From NCBI GenBank assembly GCA_037381445.1, contig JARRQT010000150.1, positions 1 to 16,931 of the forward strand: a DNA stretch of 16,931 nucleotides, written 5' to 3'. The translations under genes were made by a program, and so were the position numbers. How positions within the stretch are numbered: position 1 is the stretch's first letter; every line of letters begins with the position of its first letter. Below, one piece after another: positions 8,415-16,280 of this stretch. Origin of the DNA: Calditrichia bacterium. GTDB taxonomy: Bacteria > Calditrichota > Calditrichia > RBG-13-44-9. Under the pieces are notes generated by a model. The model was not told where the DNA came from and did no database searches. It worked only from the letters and a program-made list of their open reading frames with translations.

Positions 8415-9332
8415 ATGATAGATAGTAACCAAAAAAATTCTGGTCTGTTTCCGGAAAGCAGGAATCCTAATCCAATGCAGGAACCGGGCATCATCATCGG
8501 TGAGCGGAATTTTTCCGAGCTTCGCGAGTTTGTCTATCGACACCGCGGCTATTACCTGAGAGAACAGGAAAAAAGCACGCTCGAAGACCGCATGGCCGCC
8601 AGGCTTAAATCTCTGAATTTTAACGATTACTTCTATTATCTGGACTATTTGAAAAAGAATGCCTCTGCCGATGCGGAAATTGACAGGATACTGAAAGCGG
8701 TGGAGCAGAGCGAAAATTTGTTCTTCAGGAATTTCGACCAGTTCAACGCCCTGCAGAATGTTGTTCTTCCCGAAATCATCGAGAACAAGAAACTCGGTGG
8801 AGATAATCGGATAAGAATCCTTTCTGTGGGTTGCGCTTCCGGGGAAGACTTGTTCAGCACCGGCATGATCCTTTATGAACATTTCCCATATATGTTTAAC
8901 CGTTTCCGCTTTGAACTGGTGGGAACCGAAATCGATGAGCAATCGCTGGGTGAAGCGCGGGAAGGTGTTTTCAACCTCCTGTCGCTCGAAAACATCAATA
9001 ATTCCTTCATAAAAAAATATTTTCATAAGGCGGAAAACGGCTATCAGGTGATCGACAAAATCAGGCACCTGGTTGATTTTAAACCATTAGACCTGCTGGA
9101 TTTTTTTGAGATGAGGGGGCTAGGCAAATTCGATATCGTGCTGTGCAGCAATGTGCTTTCATATCTCAACAGGGATTTGAAATCCCAGGCCATCAATACC
9201 CTGCATGAGTTATTACAGCCGGAGGGTTATCTTTTCGTGGGTCCTGCCGAGGCTATTCTAAAAGATTCTCCCGGATTTGAGATGGTCTTTTTCCTGAGGG
9301 CGATCGGATATAAAAAGTTGATGAATACATAA
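8415..9332 (+). CDS. cheR: CheR-family protein-glutamate O-methyltransferase, divergent
   Basis: N-terminal helical domain (FSELREFVYRHRGY..LEDRMAARL), FFRN, IRILSVGCASGED, GTEID, FDIVLCSNVLSY, LQPEGYLFVGPAE. Alternative start at 8475. Confidence 0.88.
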   Translation: MIDSNQKNSGLFPESRNPNPMQEPGIIIGERNFSELREFVYRHRGYYLREQEKSTLEDRMAARLKSLNFNDYFYYLDYLKKNASADAEIDRILKAVEQSENLFFRNFDQFNALQNVVLPEIIENKKLGGDNRIRILSVGCASGEDLFSTGMILYEHFPYMFNRFRFELVGTEIDEQSLGEAREGVFNLLSLENINNSFIKKYFHKAENGYQVIDKIRHLVDFKPLDLLDFFEMRGLGKFDIVLCSNVLSYLNRDLKSQAINTLHELLQPEGYLFVGPAEAILKDSPGFEMVFFLRAIGYKKLMNT

Positions 9333-9351
9333 GGCATTTTGGAGGTTATGG

Positions 9352-9726
9352 ATGAAAAAAGACATGAAATATCTTGTGGTTGACGATTCAATTACGATGC
9401 GCAGAATTCTTGTGAACACGCTGAAGAGCCTCGGTTTTGACAGTTTTGTTGAAGCAGGCGACGGAAAGGAAGCATACGCGAAGCTGTACTCCGAGAATCC
9501 CGATGTCATTATCACCGACTGGAATATGCCAAACATGAGCGGTCTGGAGTTTGTCAAAGCGGTCCGCTCCGACGAGAAATACGGTGAAACACCCATCTTG
9601 ATGGTGACCACCCGGGGCATGAAACAGGATATTCTGGAAGCATTGAAGGCCAAGGTGAATTCCTATGTGATCAAACCCTTTACGCCCCAGACATTGAAGG
9701 AAAAGCTGGACCAGATATTGGTCTAG
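9352..9726 (+). CDS. cheY: CheY-type single-domain response regulator
   Basis: LVVDDS, IITDWNMPNMSG (phospho-acceptor Asp), MVTT, YVIKPF; GGAGG RBS at 9341-9345. Confidence 0.92.
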   Translation: MKKDMKYLVVDDSITMRRILVNTLKSLGFDSFVEAGDGKEAYAKLYSENPDVIITDWNMPNMSGLEFVKAVRSDEKYGETPILMVTTRGMKQDILEALKAKVNSYVIKPFTPQTLKEKLDQILV

Positions 9727-9801
9727 ATTTGAATAAATGAAAATCGAGGAATGGGATGATTCCGGTTCCCGGGCAAAGCAAAAGCAGGTAAAATAATTAG
9801 G

Positions 9802-10086
9802 ATGAAAACCGCAAAAAAACTTCCGCAGGCCGTTGCCCTGCGCTACCGGCAAAGCCTGGACAGCAGTCCGGTGGTAACCGCGAAGGGCCAGGGACCGATT
9901 GCCCGCAGGATTCTGCAGAAGGCGGAGGAGAGCGGGGTAGCCGTTTTACGCGACCCGCAGTTGAGCGAGATGCTGATGAATCTGGAGATAAATGATCCCA
10001 TTCCGGAGAAGGCATTCAGTGCATTGGCTGAAATTTACGCATTTTTAATTGAAACGGACGATCGATATGCAGCCGTATTTAAATAA
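9802..10086 (+). CDS. Stand-alone FlhB C-terminal domain protein (EscU/YscU/HrcU switch family, FlhX-like)
   Basis: AVALRY..PVVTAKGQG..ARRI..A...GV....DPQL...L....IPE..F.ALAEI matches the FlhB cytoplasmic tail; no TM segments, no NPTH. Confidence 0.9.
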   Translation: MKTAKKLPQAVALRYRQSLDSSPVVTAKGQGPIARRILQKAEESGVAVLRDPQLSEMLMNLEINDPIPEKAFSALAEIYAFLIETDDRYAAVFK

Positions 10087-10666
10087 ATCAATCTTTCTGA
10101 TAGTCATTATTTTGATGATGGGTTGCGGCTCAACTAAAAAGCTGACCGGCAACCCCCAGCCGCTGGGCTATATACCTTTTTCCGCCGGCAGCATGACCGG
10201 GAATCCTGAAGAACTGGACCGCCAGTTGCTGGATGATCTGCAGAACAGCGGAAGTTTCTATCTTCACCGGATGGACTCCGTGCCCGCTCTATGGGATCTG
10301 CCGCAGATGCGGAGTGAAAAGGACTCGCTCGTTCAATGGATCGTGACCGGCCGCTACATCTCCGAAAACATTGAACGGAAGAAGGGATCGCTGATCCCGT
10401 TTGTAATCTACCGGCCCCGAACCGAGCTTTCCGTCCGGATGGAATACCGCATCTACAATTCCTCGAAGAAAGGCTGGGAGGATATCGGTGAAATTCTGGC
10501 CCGGAAATCAGTCCGGGGAACAACGCAGGTAATGATGTACGATGAATCTGACCCCTCGCTGGCGCTGGATGCCAGGGAAAGGCAAATTCTCCGGCGGGAA
10601 GTCTATCAACTGGCAAATAACGAACTCATTCAAAAGATTGAATCACTCATAAAGATCAAGCGCTGA
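10067..10666 (+). CDS. Uncharacterised lipoprotein
   Basis: MQPYLNKSIFLIVIILMMG-C: hydrophobic stretch ending in a lipobox-like MMGC; overlaps the previous gene by 20 nt and ends 8 nt before the next. Confidence 0.75.
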   Translation: MQPYLNKSIFLIVIILMMGCGSTKKLTGNPQPLGYIPFSAGSMTGNPEELDRQLLDDLQNSGSFYLHRMDSVPALWDLPQMRSEKDSLVQWIVTGRYISENIERKKGSLIPFVIYRPRTELSVRMEYRIYNSSKKGWEDIGEILARKSVRGTTQVMMYDESDPSLALDARERQILRREVYQLANNELIQKIESLIKIKR

Positions 10667-10674
10667 GAGGAATC

Positions 10675-11586
10675 ATGAACAGGACCGATTACTATTTAAA
10701 AGAGCTCGAGGGAATTAATGAAGTACCGACCCTGCCGCATATCGCTTTCAAACTCATTGCCCTCATCTCCGATGATAATTCTTCAATGCGTGCCATTGGC
10801 GATCTGATTGAAGACGATCCTCCCCTCGTCGCAAAAATACTGCGGATCGTCAACAGCGGTTTTTATAATATCCGGAATGAAGTTAAAAGCGTCCGTCAGG
10901 CGGTTGTATTGCTGGGTCTGGAGGAATTGAAAAACCTGGTTTTCGCCATGAGCGTGTTCAGCACATTTTATCATATTAAGGAAAATGAATATTTCAATTT
11001 TATACAGTTCTGGAAGCATTCCGCCTCAACCAGCAAGGTGGCGGCTGTCCTGGCCAAGTACCTGGGTTTCGATTTCAAACATATTTCCTTTGTGGGCGGT
11101 CTCCTGCATGACTTCGGGCGCCTGGTTTTACAGCTCTATTTCCAGGAAGATTATCAGGAGGTCTTTGAATATGCCCTGGAAAACAAGATCGGATTGTATC
11201 AGGCTGAGAAAGAATCCATGGGATTCTCCCATGATGAAGCGGGTTACTGGCTGGCCCAGAAATGGCACCTGCCGGATGAACTGAGCACCATCATGCGCTA
11301 TCATCACCGGATCACGGAGAATGACGTGGAAAATGAACCGCTGTTGGCCATCATTCACGCGGCGGACAGGATCACAAATATCTGGGGCGTGGGAATAGAA
11401 CCCCTCCCGGTCATGGCGCCGCTGGAAGAAAACCCCATCTGGATCAAAATGCTGAATGTCTATCCCAAACTGCAGAAATTCCCGCTGATGGAAATGACCC
11501 GGGTATTCGATATGCACCTGGAAGAAGCCGAAATGTTTGTTAACCAGATATCCAGACTTCATGAGATTGCCGACGGGGAAAAATAA
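10675..11586 (+). CDS. HDOD domain protein (intact)
   Basis: VPTLP, IEDDPPLVAKILRIVNSGFY, AVVLLG, FWKHS, GLLHDFGR, SHDEAGYWLAQKWHLP, YHH, IHAAD; GAGGA RBS. Confidence 0.92.
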   Translation: MNRTDYYLKELEGINEVPTLPHIAFKLIALISDDNSSMRAIGDLIEDDPPLVAKILRIVNSGFYNIRNEVKSVRQAVVLLGLEELKNLVFAMSVFSTFYHIKENEYFNFIQFWKHSASTSKVAAVLAKYLGFDFKHISFVGGLLHDFGRLVLQLYFQEDYQEVFEYALENKIGLYQAEKESMGFSHDEAGYWLAQKWHLPDELSTIMRYHHRITENDVENEPLLAIIHAADRITNIWGVGIEPLPVMAPLEENPIWIKMLNVYPKLQKFPLMEMTRVFDMHLEEAEMFVNQISRLHEIADGEK

Positions 11587-12101
11587 TGAAAAAGGATATT
11601 CGCATTAAAAACGTTATCGCCTCGCTCTATGACCTCAGCCAGCTCGTTAAAGAGAAAAGCGCGGGCCTGGAGAAAGAGCTGAAGAGAGCCAGGGTGCTCA
11701 TCCAGCGCGCCTTCGATTTCAACCTGTTTACCGTTTTTCAGTACGATTATCTGGAACGCAAGCTGGTGCCCATGCATATGTACGGCGATCCATTCAACCT
11801 GGTGGATGCAGTGAATTTCCGGCTGGGCAAAGGGGCCACCCAGTGGTGCATTCACCATAAAAGGCCGCTTTTAATCAAAGATCTGAGCCGGGAAGACGGC
11901 ACGGAACGATTTTTCGTTAACTCTTTCCTGGCTGTGCCGATAATAATAAATGCGCAAACTGTCGGGGCCGTGGTGATGGGAGATTTTGAAAAGAGCCGTT
12001 ATACGGATGCAGACCGTTTTATGATGGAAATTATCAGCCCCTATCTGGGCAATCTGCTCATGAAAAGCTACCTCGAGTTGGACAAAGAGGATGCTGCTTA
12101 A
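11586..12101 (+). CDS. Stand-alone GAF domain protein
   Basis: FRLGKGATQWC....RPLLIKD..SFLAVPIIINAQTVGAVVMG....RYTDAD..MEII pattern; TAATG overlap with the upstream HDOD stop. Confidence 0.85.
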   Translation: MKKDIRIKNVIASLYDLSQLVKEKSAGLEKELKRARVLIQRAFDFNLFTVFQYDYLERKLVPMHMYGDPFNLVDAVNFRLGKGATQWCIHHKRPLLIKDLSREDGTERFFVNSFLAVPIIINAQTVGAVVMGDFEKSRYTDADRFMMEIISPYLGNLLMKSYLELDKEDAA

Positions 12102-12118
12102 ACAAAAAGGATTTTATA

Positions 12119-12847
12119 ATGATCAAAGGACTGTATACATCGAAAGCGGGACTGCTTCCCAGGCAGCGGCAACTGGAAATCGTCGCCAACAATCTCGCCA
12201 ATACCAACACCATCGGATTCAAAAAAGACCAGGTTTTTTACCGGCACCTGATCGACTCGATGAACGCCGCTGATTCGGCGGAAAACAATGAATCCCTGCG
12301 CAAGGATGAAATCGTCACCGATTTTACCAGCGGTACTTACCGGGAAACCGGAAATCCGCTGGACATGGCGATTGTGGACGACGGGTTCTTCGTCATCCGG
12401 ACTCCCGAGGGCGATCTCTATACCCGCAACGGCAATTTCAGTCTGGACACCCAGGGACGCCTGACCACGCAGGACGGCTACCCGGTCCTGGGGGCCAACG
12501 GCCAGATCCAGTTCGCCGGGAATGATTTCAGCATTTCCGAAAACGGGACAATTCAGGTGAACGACCGGGAAGTGGATCATTTGCGCGTGGTACGTTTCGA
12601 CGATCCGGGTCAGTTGACAAAAATCGGCGGAACATATTTTTCCGACTCCGGGGAATCCCTGGCGATCGATGTGGCACCGGAAAATCTGCGGCTCCGGCAG
12701 GGATATCTGGAAGGCAGCAACGTGTCCGGCGTGGAAGAAATCATCACCATGATTGAACTCAACCGTCAGTTCGAAATGGCCCAGAAAGCCATTTCCACCC
12801 AGGACCAGACGCTTGAAAAATTAGTAAATGATGCAGGACGTGTCTAA
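12119..12847 (+). CDS. flgF: Flagellar basal-body rod protein FlgF
   Basis: ANNLANTNTIGFK, TGNPLDMAI..DGFF, YTRNGNF, QGYLEGSNV; directly before flgG. Confidence 0.9.
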   Translation: MIKGLYTSKAGLLPRQRQLEIVANNLANTNTIGFKKDQVFYRHLIDSMNAADSAENNESLRKDEIVTDFTSGTYRETGNPLDMAIVDDGFFVIRTPEGDLYTRNGNFSLDTQGRLTTQDGYPVLGANGQIQFAGNDFSISENGTIQVNDREVDHLRVVRFDDPGQLTKIGGTYFSDSGESLAIDVAPENLRLRQGYLEGSNVSGVEEIITMIELNRQFEMAQKAISTQDQTLEKLVNDAGRV

Positions 12848-12873
12848 AAATTTGAAAAACCAAGGAGGGCACC

Positions 12874-13659
12874 ATGGATAAAGCATTGCAGGTCGCCGCA
12901 TCGGGGATGCAGGCGCAGAAACTTACCATCGATGTGATTGCCAATAATCTTGCCAATGTAAACACTACCGGCTACAAAAAGAGCAGCCTGGAATTTCAGG
13001 ATTTGCTGTACGAAACCATCCGTGCCGCGGGAGAATCCAGCGGCGGAGATCAGCGCCGTCCCGCCGCGCTGCAGGTTGGAAACGGCACCCGGGTGGTGGC
13101 CAGCCAGCGCAACTTTAAAATCGGATCAATCACTGCCACCGAAAATCCGCTGGACATCGCCATTGAAGGCGACGGGTTCCTGCAGGTGCGCATGCCGGAC
13201 GGCACCAATACCTACACCCGCGACGGTTCCCTGAAAATGACAGCGGACGGCACGCTGGTCACCTCCGACGGATACATCATTGAGCCGGAACTTACCATTC
13301 CCGAGGATACCCAGCAGGTTGTCATTCGCCCGGACGGCCAGGTAGAAGTCACCCTGCTCGGCGAGACCCAGCCCATGCCGCTGGGCCAGATCGAGCTGGC
13401 GCGCTTCATTAATCCCGGCGGCCTGGAAGCGGTGGGCCAGAACCTGTTCAAAGAAACGGTCGCCTCCGGGGCCCCGTTCATCAATACACCCGGCACCGAG
13501 GGTCTGGGTCTGCTGCACCAGGGCTATCTGGAAGGTTCCAACGTGGACGTTGTTCAGGAAATGGTGGACATGATTGAGGCGCAGCGGGCTTACGAACTGA
13601 ACTCGAAAACCATCAAGACCACTGAAGATATTTATCGCACAGTCACACAGCTAAAATAG
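12874..13659 (+). CDS. flgG: Flagellar basal-body distal rod protein FlgG
   Basis: AASGMQAQ, ANNLANVNTTGYK, FQDLLY, LQVGNG, YTRDGS, LEGSNVDVVQEMVDMIEAQRAYELNSK; AAGGAGG RBS. Confidence 0.96.
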   Translation: MDKALQVAASGMQAQKLTIDVIANNLANVNTTGYKKSSLEFQDLLYETIRAAGESSGGDQRRPAALQVGNGTRVVASQRNFKIGSITATENPLDIAIEGDGFLQVRMPDGTNTYTRDGSLKMTADGTLVTSDGYIIEPELTIPEDTQQVVIRPDGQVEVTLLGETQPMPLGQIELARFINPGGLEAVGQNLFKETVASGAPFINTPGTEGLGLLHQGYLEGSNVDVVQEMVDMIEAQRAYELNSKTIKTTEDIYRTVTQLK

Positions 13660-13666
13660 CCGTATC

Positions 13667-14377
13667 ATGAACAGACTCTTTAAAATCACGCTCATTTTCT
13701 GCCTGCTCTTTGCCGCCGCTGCGGTTTACGGTGAAGGGCAAACCGTTTTCTCCTCGCAGCAGATTTGCGGGAAAATACAAAGCTATGTGGACAATTGTTA
13801 TTCACAAAGCGGGGCGCGGTTTGAAATTGAGTGGATCCAGAGCGTCCCGGATGTCACCCTGCTGAATTCTCCCGACTTGATCTCGGTGAGCCATCGCGGG
13901 GAGGTCCTGCCCCGAGGGAACCAGGTTGTGAAAATCTCTTTCTATTCCCGCCGGCAAATCCTGCGCAGCATCTATGTGCCGGTAAAAATACATGTTTTTC
14001 AAAAAGTGCTGATTACAAACCGGCCCATCAGCCGGGACGAAAGACTGGATCCCGGGAAAATGGACATTGAGGAAAAGGACATCACCACCCTGCCGGGTGA
14101 ACCGCTCCAGCCGTCCGCAGGCATTCAGGGGCTTATCTGCAAAAAGCGGTTGCCGGGTAAGCGGGTAATACTGGAAAAAGACGTCAGGCAGCCCTACCTG
14201 GTTCACAAGGGAGAAAACCTGAATATCAGTTATCGGAAAGCCAATCTTCACATCACGCTGCAGGCGGAAGCCATGCAGAACGGCAGCCAGGGCGACCTGA
14301 TCTGGGTCAGGGTGCCCGACAGCCGCAAACGCCTGCAGGTTAAGATTATCGGGGCGGGACTTACAGCGATCCCCTGA
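13667..14377 (+). CDS. flgA: Flagellar P-ring formation chaperone FlgA
   Basis: Signal peptide; C-terminal PYLVHKGE..ITLQAEAMQNGSQGDLIWVRVPDSRK; position between flgG and flgH. Confidence 0.88.
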   Translation: MNRLFKITLIFCLLFAAAAVYGEGQTVFSSQQICGKIQSYVDNCYSQSGARFEIEWIQSVPDVTLLNSPDLISVSHRGEVLPRGNQVVKISFYSRRQILRSIYVPVKIHVFQKVLITNRPISRDERLDPGKMDIEEKDITTLPGEPLQPSAGIQGLICKKRLPGKRVILEKDVRQPYLVHKGENLNISYRKANLHITLQAEAMQNGSQGDLIWVRVPDSRKRLQVKIIGAGLTAIP

Positions 14378-14415
14378 AAGGCTGTTTAACAATGTTGTTA
14401 ATGAAGGAGTATACC

Positions 14416-14994
14416 ATGTTTCGGAAACTTATGATTATCATTGTCCTGGGTCTTACGCTCACCGGGAGCGCCTTTGCCCAGAAGATGGCCAGCAGCGCCA
14501 GCCTGTTTACCGACCTGAGAAGCCGGGAGGTGGGCCAGGGATTAACCGTGCTGGTAATGGAGTATTCACAGGCCAGCAATGACGCCCGAACCGAAAGCCA
14601 GAAGCAGAGCGATCATAATATCGGCATCTCTGCCGGCAGCGGCCTGTTCGATTTTCTGCCGGATGTGAATCTGAGCGGAAACCTGCAGAATGATTTCCGG
14701 GGAGACGCCCGCACCTCGAAGCAGGGCGCCCTGAAGGCCAAGATCGCGGCCCGCATCGTGGGAAAGAATGAGGTCGGCGATTACGTCATCGAAGGACGGC
14801 GGGTCATCGAAATCAACAGCGAGCAGGAAACCTATGTGCTGTCCGGGGCGGTGCGCAGTCAGGACATCATGGCGGACAACACCGTGTATTCCTACAATAT
14901 TTATGACGCCCACATCGTCTACAAGGGAAAAGGCGAAGTGTCCCGCGCCCAGAAGGCCGGTTTCCTGACCAGGCTGCTGCAGTGGGTCTTCTAG
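14416..14994 (+). CDS. flgH: Flagellar L-ring protein FlgH
   Basis: SLFTDLRSREVGQGLTVLVME, IEGRRVIEINSE, LSGAVRSQDIMADNTVYS, GFLTRLLQWVF; ATG 14416 follows AAGGAG. Confidence 0.93.
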   Translation: MFRKLMIIIVLGLTLTGSAFAQKMASSASLFTDLRSREVGQGLTVLVMEYSQASNDARTESQKQSDHNIGISAGSGLFDFLPDVNLSGNLQNDFRGDARTSKQGALKAKIAARIVGKNEVGDYVIEGRRVIEINSEQETYVLSGAVRSQDIMADNTVYSYNIYDAHIVYKGKGEVSRAQKAGFLTRLLQWVF

Positions 14995-15111
14995 AGCGGA
15001 TAAATGATCGAACAGATAATTTGATTAAAAAAATTCAGTTAAGTCGGATACGCAAATCAAAAACGGCAGGATGCCGGAACAGTGCAGTGCACTGACGCGC
15101 AGGAGAGCAAA

Positions 15112-16221
15112 ATGAAACATAAATTCAGCATCATAATACTGTTGTTCCTCTGGATGCTCCCGTACCTGGGTTTCGGGGGAATCCGGATCAAGGAACTGGC
15201 CCGTGTGCAGGGCGTGGAGCAAAAGCCGCTGGTGGGCTACGGACTGGTGGTCGGCCTGAACGGCACCGGCGATACCCGGCGGACCAATTTCACTACCCAA
15301 TCCGTGGTAAATATGCTGCAGCGCTTCGGCCTGAATGTGCCGGAAAGCCAGATGCGGGTCCGCAATGTGGCCGCCGTAATGGTAACCACCGAGGCCCCCA
15401 GCTTCCTGGTGGCGGGCGACCGGCTGGCGGTCAATGTCTCCTCGCTGGGCGACGCCAAAAGCCTGGAAGGCGGGCTGCTGCTCATGACGCCGCTCATGGA
15501 TGAAAGCGGAGAACTCTATGCCATGGCGCAGGGCGCCGTTTCGGTGGGCGGATTTTCCGTGCAGACCACCGGGGGCGGCGGGGTCCGGCAGAACCATACC
15601 CTGGTCGGCAGTATCCCGGAAGGTGCCGTTCTCCAGAAAACGCTGGGCGAAGAATACAGTTACGGGGACACCCTCTTCCTCTCCCTCCGGAACGGCGATT
15701 TTACCACCGGGCAGCGCATGGTGGACGCCATCAACCAAAAATTCAATCAGGATCTGGCCTTTGACAAAAACCCCCGGACTATCGGCGTGCAGATCCCCGA
15801 TGCCTACCGGCAGACCGGCCAGCAGAGCAAATTCATCTCCGAACTGGAGCAGATTGAGATCGATCCCGATGTGCCGGCCCGGGTGGTGATCAATGAGCGC
15901 ACCGGCACCGTGGTAGTGGGCGGGAATGTCAAGCTGCTGCCGGCGGCAGTGGCCCACGGAAATCTGAGCGTGGAAATCCAGAGCCAGCCCATCGTCTCGC
16001 AGCCGGCCCCTTTCAGCCAGGGACAAACCGTGGTGGTCCCCAATACCCAGGCCACCGTTTACACGGATGAAGGTAAAATGACCGCCATTTCGGCCACTGC
16101 CAGCGTGCAGGAAGTGGCGCAGGCCCTGAACACCCTGGGACTGACCCCGCGCGATATCATCGCCGTTCTGCAGGCGCTGAAGGAAGCGGGCAGCCTGCAG
16201 GCCGAACTGAAGATTATGTAG
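15112..16221 (+). CDS. flgI: Flagellar P-ring protein FlgI
   Basis: RIKELA, LVGYGLVVGLNGTGD, NVAAVMVT, SLEGGLLLMTPL, ARVVINERTGTVV, LQALKEAGSLQAEL; ATG 15112 follows AGGAG. Confidence 0.97.
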   Translation: MKHKFSIIILLFLWMLPYLGFGGIRIKELARVQGVEQKPLVGYGLVVGLNGTGDTRRTNFTTQSVVNMLQRFGLNVPESQMRVRNVAAVMVTTEAPSFLVAGDRLAVNVSSLGDAKSLEGGLLLMTPLMDESGELYAMAQGAVSVGGFSVQTTGGGGVRQNHTLVGSIPEGAVLQKTLGEEYSYGDTLFLSLRNGDFTTGQRMVDAINQKFNQDLAFDKNPRTIGVQIPDAYRQTGQQSKFISELEQIEIDPDVPARVVINERTGTVVVGGNVKLLPAAVAHGNLSVEIQSQPIVSQPAPFSQGQTVVVPNTQATVYTDEGKMTAISATASVQEVAQALNTLGLTPRDIIAVLQALKEAGSLQAELKIM

Positions 16222-16280
16222 GCAGTAAGATTGCGAATTTATAGCATAAAAGGATTTTCAAAGAAGATCGATCAATTGTC

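Noticed and set aside
9727..9801. GGGCAAAGC in the cheY-downstream spacer (and ACGCAAA near 15050) as c-di-GMP-I riboswitch fragments
   Set aside because: No GNRA-capped P2 stem or P3 stem can be built, and the matches are too short.
5732..12101. Horizontal acquisition of the signalling module because it looks more AT-rich than flgG-flgJ
   Set aside because: Impression only, not computed; no integrase, transposase, tRNA or flanking repeats, and expression-related codon bias could explain it.
15025..16026. 333-aa minus-strand ORF (also 8409..9068 and 13802..14392)
   Set aside because: Antisense shadows of flgI, cheR and flgA with no family motifs.
15026..16274. Sigma-28-like promoters before flgI (TAAA..GTCGGATA) and flgJ (TAAA..ATCGATCA)
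   Set aside because: Poor match to GCCGATAA and wrong spacing; the flgJ candidate leaves almost no leader.
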